DNA of 64,000 nt, taken from the NCBI GenBank assembly GCA_025201805.1, contig MU619272.1, forward strand, positions 62,001-126,000. The letters run 5' to 3'. Positions 25,130 to 36,316 of the stretch are shown here, in pieces. Below the pieces are notes generated by a model that did no database searches, had not been told where the DNA came from, and saw only the letters and a program-made list of their open reading frames with translations. The first letter of the stretch is position 1. Every line of letters begins with the position of its first letter. The position numbers and the translations under genes were made by a program. Source of the DNA: Parasitella parasitica NRRL 2501. Lineage: Eukaryota; Fungi; Mucoromycota.

Positions 25130-27277
25130 ATGTCAAGCGCAAACATTTCCTTACTATGTGAAGCAAGTAAGTCTACAAGCAAACAATCGAATTTACTTCT
25201 TATAATTTTTTCCAAAGGTGAAGATGAGCTGTTTACATTTTATGAAAACTACTTCAAAATCACGCACGTCAAATCATGGAAAGTATTGGACTTGTTTAAA
25301 GCATTGCTGGCTGAATACAAGCCAATTTCATACGATTGCGTGTCAATTTTTGTTCATACTTTCAAACGATTTGGACGAAATTATGCTTCCAATGATGTCA
25401 AGATACAACATACCATGAATAAATTGTCAGATAAGTGCGACAGTGTTATTAACTCTGACTTGGCAAGAACGCTCGTGGTGAAAGAACATGTAGAGGTAAA
25501 TATTTTATTTCACATATATTTTACATATATTCATCTAATATTCTCTATCATGAACATTTTGGACACAGCAATCGAGACTTTTATATTGTATTCATGTTGT
25601 TGATGATGTATTGAAGGACAAGACCAATGTGATAAATCAAAATGTAGTACATCCAACTACTTCTCCATCATCCAACCGAACATCAAGTTTAAAAGAAGTG
25701 ACCCCACAATCATCTTCATCGTCAAGCACATCAGCAGTGGACCCACAATCATCTATATCGTCAAGTGCAGCAGCAGCAACGACATCCACATCATCAAATA
25801 AACCATCAATGCTGAAGAGAGTCGACAATGATGATCCATCACCTTCATCTCAAAACAAAAGAAGAAGTCGTTTAAGTGTAAAATATGTCAAAGGGTTAAA
25901 CTTGGATGAAAAGTTACAATGCTTAGCTGATTATTAGTAAATTTAATTACTAGAATCCCTGTATTCAGCTGCTGTTATATATTAACACATTTCTCCTCTA
26001 GTGGTAATGATAATATGTTGGACCTCGTATTCCCTGGTGTTATTCCTGTTCGTTTCGCAAGTATCATGAAGCGAATTTCCGATGATTTACAAATGCCACT
26101 ATCACTTAAGTACACTGAAAACGAAAGGTCAATTCTCATCAAGGTCATCAAAGCAGCATCATTGCATGATATAGAAGTAATTGTGAAGGATATCCCGCTG
26201 GTTCCTCGTGTTGGTCTTCAATCTTATCTGTACATTGCTTTATCAAAACTGTAGGTTAACTTGCTTATTTTCTGCTTGATGAACGTTAATCGTAATAATT
26301 GTTTATTATCAGGCTATTACTTTATCAACGCGATCAATTACAAGACACTACTCATAAGGAAGGGTGGTACCAAGGGCATTTGTATGCTGATGTTTTTGAT
26401 GCTGTTTTCCTATTTGATCCTTGCTATGTTACAAAGAGGTAACATATATCAAGACACCCTAATATGGAAGGGGAGGAGCTAACATGCTGTCCGATTCATT
26501 TTTGTAGGACTGAATGCCATGCGACGACTATCAAATACTTGAAAAAGATGAAACAGATTGCTAGTGATGAAAAGGACGTCAAAGTAGATCTTATCTTATT
26601 TAATACTCAATTAGGTGATATCTTTTCATGTGAGGACAAACCAGCTGAAGCAAAAGAAGCAGATGTTGAAGCAGATATCAAGAAAGCCAAGGACCTCCGC
26701 CAGAAGCGTCTCTTGTATATCAAGTCCATTCTGCCCCATTCATCACTGATCAATTCCGTTGAAGTTATCAGCTCGCAGTTTTGGGGTTTATCTTTAACAA
26801 TTTATGGGTCAAGAATGACCGAGAAAGGAACCATCATTCATTATCAAAAGGGTGTAGCAAGTCTTTCCCCAATATTCAGCATGCCAGAAGTAGCTCACTT
26901 TTTACTCACAGTCATGTCTTTACAAGTAAGTGCAGATGCCACTTTCATTATTTTCATTCATAATTGCCATTAATACGTTTTTATAGCGAGCAATTGTATT
27001 GGATTTGAAGAAACTTACAGCAATATACCAAGTTGGCCTTGAAGACTCGATCAGCTTCTTATCATCTAATAATGATGGCATGTTTTATCGTGATGACTCC
27101 CCTATTTCAGATAATACTTCAGACACCTCGATCAGTAGCGATATGATGGGAATGGAAAAATTACGTAGAATATTGAAGCAAACTACTGACAAGGTTAATG
27201 CAATTGGTCTTGATGACGACTTGTTAAGCTGTGAAGACTGGGAAGATCTCCTAGTGCTTGATGAAAATGACAGTTGA
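25130..27277 (+). CDS. Cargo gene: 588-aa hypothetical protein with putative PD-(D/E)xK (Crinkler REase-like) C-terminal domain
   Basis: Seven exons splice in frame with no stops (introns 25167-25217, 25496-25568, 25937-26001, 26251-26312, 26439-26507, 26926-26986; 1767 nt). Ser-rich linker, then EGWY...TEC...KVDLILFNTQLGDIFSCEDKP...DIKK (D-x14-E-x-K). The gene model is solid; the fold assignment is less certain. Confidence 0.75.
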
Positions 27278-27721
27278 ATTTGCTTGTTGTCCTCTCCCTT
27301 TCTCTGTTTTCTTTGCGGTTTTATATACCTATATTAATCACTACCACCATTATGATAAACATTGTTGTCGCCATTATATATACCATTATTATATCATTTT
27401 AATCATCAAGGTACATGTCTCTGTCATATGAATAAATCATTTAGTATCGAGGAGTAATTGAAACGCGCACAATCAGGATTGCATTCAGATTTTTCAAATT
27501 TGAATTTTTGAACATTATCAACTGTGCTGTTCCTGGAACCAGATTGTCTCTAATAATTGTATAAAAACTTCAAGTAACAAGCCCTGATTGCAACATGGCT
27601 CACATACAACATTATTCGGAAGGTGCCCCTATATCTTCTCAGATTCAAATTTTTGAAGGCAAATATTCATATTTTACCGGTTTATACTGTATACTCCTGC
27701 ATAGTTTGTATATTCTATATA

Positions 27722-28461
27722 CAGTGCTTCCACTCTCAGTTTACCGAATTTTTGAAAACACTGCTTACTTTTTTGAGAATAAATAACCATCTTTTACAAA
27801 TATTTTGACCAACTTCTGGTCAAATAAAGTACAAAGGTTCTTTATTTGAGCATTTAGGGAAACGATTTATGGAATGCTGAATGAAATCCTGCAAATGTTT
27901 AACCGGAACTTTCAATAACCCTTAAAGTGAGGTTTCCACTTCAGTCAATTTACTTACATCTTCTGACGCTATCCTTCAAAACTTTCCAAATCTGCTCGAT
28001 AGAGTTAAGCTCAGGAGAATAAGGCGGGTATTCTCGTTCAATAATTACAGGATCGATGATATTTCGCTCTTTTTTAGAAGCTGCTTCGTCGATATCAGGG
28101 TCTTTGGGCTCTTGTTCTTTCACCTATTTGCAGAGATTCGTCAAATTTGTTAGTGAAATCAACAACGAAGGCCGACGCTTCTTTGCCAGATTCGTCTACA
28201 ATCCTACCTCTATTATCTTTGTGAAAGAAATTCATTCTTATGAGTTACAGTTATGAAGAAATAAAAAGATCAAAAGTCGGTCAAAGTATGTGTATGATGT
28301 GGTTAATTTGTTTTCGCAAACCTGGTCAGATTAGCTTCAAACATCCGGCCAAATAAGTCTTCTTTTTATGGGCAATTTAGTCTCGCACGAGTGGGCAAAT
28401 TTTTTTTAAAAAAAATGGGCAGTGTTTTTGAAAATTCGGTAAATTGAGAATGGAAGCACTG
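27722..28461 (-). mobile_element. Non-autonomous Tc1/mariner deletion derivative, right copy; both TIRs intact
   Basis: TA at 27720-27721 and 28462-28463. Direct repeat of 23243-23904, with 8 transitions in the first ~430 bp and more divergence plus indels afterwards. Same transposase fragments. Confidence 0.9.
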
Positions 28462-31444
28462 TAATGTTTGCTAACTGATGTAAACTAAACTTTTCCAAGG
28501 CATCCGTAAGACTTGAACCTGCTAAACTATTGATAATATTGGACCATACATCCTCAATAAGCGGATCCGCCTCTTCGCTTCTTGTCATAGATATACCTTG
28601 ATTTTTTTTTGTTACATAGTGTTACATAATCGGTAATTTCTTGCATACCTACATCAATGATTTTGAGGCCCTTGTTGACAATTAGGGGTACATATGAACC
28701 ATATATTTGTACCACTTCCTCCAATGACACGCCAAAAATCTGATCTATAGCAGCTCCATAGTAATAGTTTTAATATACCATAGGCCGAGGACAGTACTCT
28801 CCAGTTTTGAATTGTTCAACAGTACAGTGGATTTCCTGCTCTGGTTTTAATGTTTCTTGGAAAAGTGCGATACGATTGTATGTTTCTTCAAATATGGGCA
28901 GTGTTCCACTTAACTCTGTTGACATGGTTATAAAAACTTGAAAACACCATTAATATATCTAATAATGTGATGGCAAAAACTTTGAGTTAACTGAGCTCCT
29001 TAACATGCTTTAAAGCATTGATTCTGTCCACTTCCAACCGTTGTATCTCGTCGAAATGCGTAATCTATACGTTATAATTCAACATCATGCTTAAACTGAG
29101 ATTATTATTATAAAGTCGTACCAACTTTTCCTCGAGCGATATTATCTTTTGGTTGACATCCATTATCTTTTTTTCTGTACACTGCATCAATCATTTCTAC
29201 TTGCGTTTTTGTAGCGGAATCCACAGTGGGGGTTTTCAAGGCTTGCAGCTTCCAAAAAGTCCTTGAATTGCACTGCTAGCAATGTTAGTACTGGGCGAGG
29301 AAGAAGGCGCCTCCAAGGTCATGCTAATCTCAGTAGAACTATCAGTAGCGTGAAACTGATCATCGTACACACCTCTTTTGATACGAGTCTTTCGTAAATG
29401 CGGTTCTACGACATTCTGCTGCACTTCGTAATACTGATCTAGATCAAACCCGCTATTATCTTTGGAAGCACATTACAGGAATTTAAGCGCCACCAAATGC
29501 TTGCATATTTCTGTCGCCTCACTATCCAATGCTACGTCCCCTTGCTGACGAGGGGATGCACAGTAATCTCGGATTCATTTGAATATGTGCTTCCCTCGGT
29601 ATCGTTGAGATGCTTTTGCACTTGGTTTTGTTCCCTGAATCATCTTTTGCATTCGGATAACTGCTCTTGCCACTTGTCGATAAGGAAGTACTGTGGATTT
29701 GCCGAGCCGAACTCCACCACGATCCACATTAAGCTCTGAGGTAACTGAACTCGATCTCTGTCTACCACCCACAAACTGAGCATCTTCCAGATCATTATCT
29801 TCCTCTTCTTGAAAGCCAAAAGGCAAAGGTGGACGAAAATCCGGACATTTTTGTTCCAGAGCTCGGCACCGAGACCAATATACCGATCTTGACAACAAGG
29901 CAGCTTGAGCGTAATGTTTAAACTCTTCAATTTCTTCCTCCAACTTTGATCTTTTTGCCCTGTATTTGTTCCTTGAATAATCGAGAGAAATTAAGGAGTG
30001 GCTCCGACACATCTTGGGCTATTATACCTGCTCTTAGTCTATAGCAATGTGCAGCTTCAGTGCTATCAGCACATATCATGTCAAATGCACTTTTCAAGCT
30101 GGCATTCATGGTGGATTCTACCAAATCCGAGGCCGATTCCACGGCTGAGGAGAGATCAGATACCATCAAGTCGGCGCAAGCGTTTTCTGCGTTGATTCGA
30201 TTCTGCAAGTATGTGGTTATGGTATCATTCTCAAGAGCAGATTTTGACAGTTTGTCATGAAGAGCATAGAGACCCGTGGTATAATTGGGAATAGCCTCTG
30301 TTGAGGCTACGGGAGACCAAAAGGAGTTGCTAGAACTGTCTTGCGTAGAGTTCACCTTATTGAAAAGTATAGGAAGAAAAAGCTTCATTTTTTTTTTCAT
30401 TTACGAGACAATTATGAACGGAAACAAAATACTTTGTTTGGTCAGGTAATTTGTAAGACAATGTTGATGTGGTACAATACACTTGCATAGCTTGACTAAA
30501 TCGTCCTTCAGTCGAAACTGCGCTTCTTTGATTACTATACCATATGCCTTTTGACGGAGAGCGCCCAGCAAAGAGACGAAGAGTGAGCCTTGAACATGGA
30601 CAGCGTCGACCTGATTTTCAGCGACTCATTGCCCAGTATACCATAACGCCAGATACCCCTATTATTTTTGGAAGGTTTGTCATGTTCGTGGTATGAACAA
30701 AAAAGTAACTGGTTTTTAACAGTTAAAAATAGTTATATGAGGGTTATATTCCATATTGTAGGAATTGGCTTTGTATTATTCGTATTGTTTCAAGTACTAC
30801 AGTCATTTACAACCGAAATTCAAGCACGTTATTTCTTTCAACTAGATGGTATACAACTTGTGCATTTCGTATTTATGTGGTGCTTGCTTACAAATTATAT
30901 AATATTGGTTTAGAGATGGGACAAAAAGCTCGATTGTGCCATCAAAAGTATGTAAATCACAACTGTGGTCCCCATTTGAAAGGCGTCGTCTGGAAAAAAT
31001 ATTGTGATGAATGGGATAGATATCCTTTTTTTTTAAAAAAAAAAAAATACGCTAATGCAACATTTCGCATGGTTTGTGTCATTCTTAATTCTTCCAACAC
31101 ATGTAGGCAATTCCAACCAAAAACTGTGGCGAAAACCAAAATAGCAGCTCAGGTGTTTGGCGAAATGATGAATGGATTTGTTGAGCCACTCAGTTTAAAA
31201 GCAATGGTACGATATTATAAAGCAGGCAATGAACATCGTTAAGCTAACACAGACTAAATGTCATCTAGTTGATCATCTGCTCGATGTCGTTTGGCTTCTT
31301 TGTTGTATCAAATTTGATGCAAGTCTGAAATATATAATGTTAACTTCAGCACTTAAATAAACCTTCTGCCGTTAGTTGTGGTGCCAGCAAATTAGCTTTT
31401 CATTTTTAACAACAACTCGCGAGCTAAAAAATTTCTTTTTGTCC

Positions 31445-33397
31445 ATGCCTTTCATTCCTGCCACTCGAAAAAGAACGCTTGCAAAACCACAGGAAGACCA
31501 ACTGCAATGGAATCTAACAAAAGGGCATTACAAAAGACAGTGCCGCGAAATACCGTACCCTAGGAAACATTCCAAAGCTGCACTAACCACTGAATTTATT
31601 GCCAACAAGTTTGTACAGTTTTTATTCAATACACGAGAGGTATATATATACCCATAGTACGAACACTTTCACCAAATTGCTAAATGCTGTAGTTGTATAG
31701 GAAAACGTAAAGTTAGATCAGTTGGCTGTAGACATCGCATCTCTCTATCAAAGCGTTGCTTTTTCATCAGTACAATTCAATAAGATTATCAGCGAACAAG
31801 CAATAAGCACTGTCCGTTTGCTTGAATATTATTACAAGCTTTTTACTCGTCTCAAAGTATTGGCTTTAACTTTGTCATCCATATTACAGCATGTCAAAAA
31901 CCTGGATGAAGCAATAGTCGAACTAATCAGTCATGATGAGTATATCGCTGCTGGTAAGTATGCAAGCGCTCCAAAACAATCAAATCTCTAACATCAAAGC
32001 ATATAGCTTATATACCACACCTGACAGACGAAAAACTGAACGAGTTCTTCGAGATAGATGGCAAACAATTAACAAACTGGTCATCATTTATGAAAATTAG
32101 CAATGCTCGACGATTACACATCATTCTGGAGCATCACGCTTCAACATCGTCTCCTGATCAGCTGAAAAATATCATGATTCGGTTAATGAGCTTTCACAAA
32201 GTCCAGCCTAAAACTAGCGATGAAAGCCTCAGTAAATGCTATTATCGACAGTTACGATCTGTCAAGGAATTCTTGTTTGGCAGCAAACACACACAAACGA
32301 AACAATACGACTCTTTTCTTGCAAAGAAACCCGTTTTTCTGTTGATTTCGAGCTGGTTTTTTGAATTCAACTCGAAATCTAATATCATCTTTACAGATTT
32401 TATATCTCAAATCGTCTCTGTGGGGTCTAGTCTTGAAAATGTGAGTATATTTGGATTTTCGTACATACGTTTAGGGCAAGCTGTTAAGTCATTATTTATA
32501 GGGATCTGAGGTGATGGACATTTCCGTCTTACTGTATTCATATTTTACAGCTTGTAAAGACATAAATACCACAGAGGAAGGTGTTTTACATATTTTTGAC
32601 ATTATTGGAGCTATCAACAATGCTGTTAAGCAATCGCTTGAAAGAGATGATCAGAATGACCTCTGCACTATATTAGCAATAGCCCAAATTGCATTAGAAC
32701 ATATGCATACATCTGTGGGATACACTTATGCTAGTTGGTTTGAGGTATTTATTTACTGTGATTCATTACATCACACATCTAAATCATTTCTTGGTAGTCC
32801 TTATTTATAAAACGCAGCTCAACTATATTGGATAAAAGGATGAGCACAGTGTTTATCAAGACGCTACAACAAATGATATTATATGAAATACCCAGTGTCC
32901 TCCAAATACATGGAAGAGCATTGTTAGACTGTACGACTATTCCGAATTCACAGCTTTATGTATCTAGTGCTCGTAAACGATTGCTAGAGTTAGGAGTAAG
33001 AAAGGTGGCAATACATGCAACTGAATTGTTAATTAATATTCATGTCGTATGGAAACTCTAGGTAGACCGCCACTTAAAGAGCTATCCAATATCTTTGAAG
33101 ACTCCATTACGATTAGACATTATCACGGATGACAACTCCGGCGAGGGAGACGAAGTAGGAGAAATCATACAGCAGTTTATGCAAAAGGACAACACTGTAC
33201 CGGTATCTCTGCTTCATGCTCATGTATTCAAGAAGCAGTGGTTTATGTCCACATTCTTACCGACACTATTGGATTGGAAAGGGCGAAATGTAGAAGCTCG
33301 AGATAAGCTAATCATAGCTCTCAGAAAGATGAATAAGGTTCCGGATAACTTATACAAATCATTTGTACAGCAGCAAAAGCAGAAGAAAATCGCATGA
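31445..33397 (+). CDS. FANCA: Fanconi anaemia group A N-terminal-domain protein (short FANCA homolog)
   Basis: Multi-exon. IAQIALE...TYASWFE, LQQMILYEIPSVLQIH, YVSSARKRLLELGV, VPVSLLHAHVFKKQWFMSTFLPTLL and RDKLIIALRKMNKVPDNLY follow in order the FANCA motifs as I recall them (RQAALE..SYADWF, LVPFE.PRYLQVH, YISLAKTRLADL, IPVTVMEASIFRRPYY...FLPALL, LKRADKIP). Confidence 0.78.
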
Positions 33398-36316
33398 TAT
33401 ATAGAAAATGAGCTTAATCTACTATTTAGTCAGCCATGGGTGTATATATTAGTAGAGTCTTTGAAAGCTCTGGATCAGATTTATGGTATCCATGTAATCA
33501 TATGGTATTCAAGTTTAATGGTATATTGTCAATACTACAATTATAAACAATACTAATCACACAAATTAGTTGACTGCAGGTGATTGCTTATTTCTAGTTT
33601 ACTAGAAAAAAGACACGTTTGAAGTAGCAATGCCTATCATAGCGACGTACCAAGGGGGTCGACTATAAAAAACATGTCAAGTTTTGATCAAATAAAAGTT
33701 ATAAATCAGATGACATTATACCCGCATAATGTTTTTGACGTTCGATCTCGGTTCTGCGATTCATTTAGCAGACGTTATTAAGACCAAGTGTCTGAAAATG
33801 TCTCTTAATTATAAAATTAAAAATTGTTTTTGCACATAACTTTTGATAAACATGTCACCTGAAGGTTATCAAGTTATACTCAGATAAAGCCTTGATCATA
33901 TCTGTGGAATCGGTATAAATTGTTATATGGATTCACGGAAAAAAATTATAATAAAAAAACAATAAAGTCAACTTGATAAAGGTATAGGTTTTATTATCAA
34001 ATCGACAAGTGTATAAAGCTCCCGTTCATCTACTGGCCAGGTAGATGAACCTTTATATTGTGGATAAATGTTCTATTCTCGCAATTTAACATGTACGACA
34101 ATACTGCGTAACTAGCATCTTAACTTTATGCTAACCAACATATCAGCAGACTCAAGATAACTTAAATCTATTTGAGTGAGGAGATCGACTTTACCCGAGG
34201 TAATACCCTGATCAATCTTCTATGCGAAGATTATTAATATCGATCCATAAACGTATATCATTCCTTGTATAGTCTTATCCAGTCTATATTAATAGTACAT
34301 GTCTGAGTGTATATCACTTGGTATTCATCTTAGCATATATCGGTATATGTAGCATGTCTATAGCATGTCATAAGCATATCTATAGCATTACACATATTGT
34401 ACAAGTCTGCAGTACATGATGTATCTGTAGCTAGTATCATGGATATAAGTATATGTCTTGTAGTGCGTATCTAGAAACTGGGAATACGCATCTGAAGCAT
34501 AGATCTTATATAGCATTAGCTCGTAGCATATACTAAATCTAGTAAATGTCTAAGGCTCGTGTCGAGATATAAGTATCAGGCTATAGCGTCATCCATTCTA
34601 ACGGCGCCGTCTCTAGCTTATATCTTATATAGTATAAATCTGTATTGCACATCTTATTATCTGTGCGCATATGTAGTTTATATCAATTTAAGGTAACTGG
34701 ATGAATCTAGAAGTAGAATGCAGATCATCATAGTGAATGTATTTCACAATATCAGTATAATAAAAGGTTTAACAGGCTTTATTTTTCTATTTATCCAAGG
34801 CCAATCAGCGATTATCCCATGAAATTTTGATAGATATTAATAAAAAAACAATTTATAGAATTTTCAAATAATCATACCACTTGTTTGTTACGTTAATAAG
34901 CAATAATTCCCATCAATACATTTCTTCAGCTCTCTTACAAAAATTTTATAACCTATAAAAAAGGAGGAAGTAACTTTTAATAAGCTCCAAAAACAAAAAC
35001 TTCAATTGCTGATAGGTTACTATAAAGAGCAAAATAAACACTGTCTTATGCGCCATAAGTACAGGCATGATCATCGCTATCTGAGCATAACTTGATTTCC
35101 ACTGGGAAATGTCTCTATCAAAAGTTATCTGCAAAAACACTTTCGCGTTTTTGGTGTCGGAATTTTAAATTTAAAATTACGTGTTTTTATTGGCTCAGGC
35201 TTGCTCAAAGAGATTTTTTGACTTCTTATCAATCCTAATATCAGGTATCTAATGGGGATATACTCATCTAATGTGAGTAAGGTTTGAGATCTTGTAGTGT
35301 ATTTTATTATGGACAGATAATGAGATTATAGTTGGTATCATTTCGTTGAAATCATGTACAAAACTACTTTTCATTTTCATGATTTCAAACAGTTGTCCAT
35401 AGGTTATTCTAAAGAAGCTGTAGAGCCTTGATCGAGCTTAGTGACTATAGCGAGAACCCAGCGCTATGGAATAAAAGCATTTCTATCCTTCATGAAAATA
35501 GATTAATAAAAACGATTAGTTTACCACTAGATACAAACCATTAATGTTTTTGATCGATAAAAGTTGTCTATAATTTATAGAATAAATTTTGTCAATGAAG
35601 ATTATATCACAGTATTAGTCAGGGCAAGACCTGTTTATATCTAATCAGCTAATCATTATGAATGTGAATCATTCATTAATAAGTTTAGCTTTACAATTTA
35701 GATTAAGTAGGACTCAAACAGATGGTTTCTTATACAACCATTCTGTCGATTACTTCTATTTACCACATAGAATAAGCGGCGACATTTAATCTTGAATCTT
35801 ATCAGGAATGGTTGCCATGACAACCGAGGAGAAATGATGTTAACCATTGTTTGTTATGGATACAGCAATAAACAATGGATTTGTTTTGTCTCAATATAAA
35901 AGCCTTGGCTAATATAGTTTGAAAAATGGCAAAGTTGATTGATATAATCTTGTGTTGTCGTGGTAAATTACAATATTATATTTGTAGCAATACTACTCTA
36001 ATATTATCAGCCTTATGCCAGTAGACAACTGTTTCAAGTGAAATTAATTGTGAAAAATAAACAATATTTCTTGACTTCAGCTGTTGTTATGTTCTCAAGC
36101 AACTTCTTGCTCTTTGCGTTTACCGGTTATTACGATCGCACCCAACCTGCTATTTGTTATTACAGACAGCATCCGATGACGTGAATTTAAACAGAAATTT
36201 TGTTCCAAACTCTCAGAAATTAACAATAATATTGTCATCGAACAAAGGTTTTAGAAAAAAAGAAAGTGTACAAAGCTGGTTTCTTTATTATTTATATAAA
36301 GATATATGATGGATAT

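Larger units (their letters stand above)
23243..28461. mobile_element. Composite-transposon-like unit: two Tc1/mariner deletion derivatives flanking a 3.8-kb cargo; TA target-site duplication
   Basis: TA at 23241-23242 and 28462-28463. Outer ends are imperfect inverted repeats of about 50 bp (CAGTGCTTCCAYTCTCARTTTACCGAATTTT..AAAACACTGC). Removing the unit plus one TA rejoins the RhoGAP frame (AAC ATT ATT CGA ATT TAC). Confidence 0.88.
22275..30388 (-). pseudogene. Decayed F-BAR/DEP/RhoGAP gene (Rgd2/Rga8-like), split by a 5.2-kb insertion
   Basis: F-BAR-like start (NSFWSP...Y.TGLYALHDKL....END....LQNRINAE), DEP-like segment, RhoGAP (QIFGVSLEE...VPLIV.KGL; LANI|IRIYLLELPECLLTFDLYD; PNYHTLKAL..HL). 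Several frameshifts (about 29940, 29530, 29250) and in-frame stops (e.g. 29575-29577, 23107-23109). Confidence 0.85.

Noticed and set aside
23243-28461. LTR retrotransposon (long direct repeats flanking an internal region)
   Set aside because: The repeats have CAGTG...CACTG inverted ends, TA flanks and DDE transposase fragments. There are no TG...CA ends and no gag/pol.
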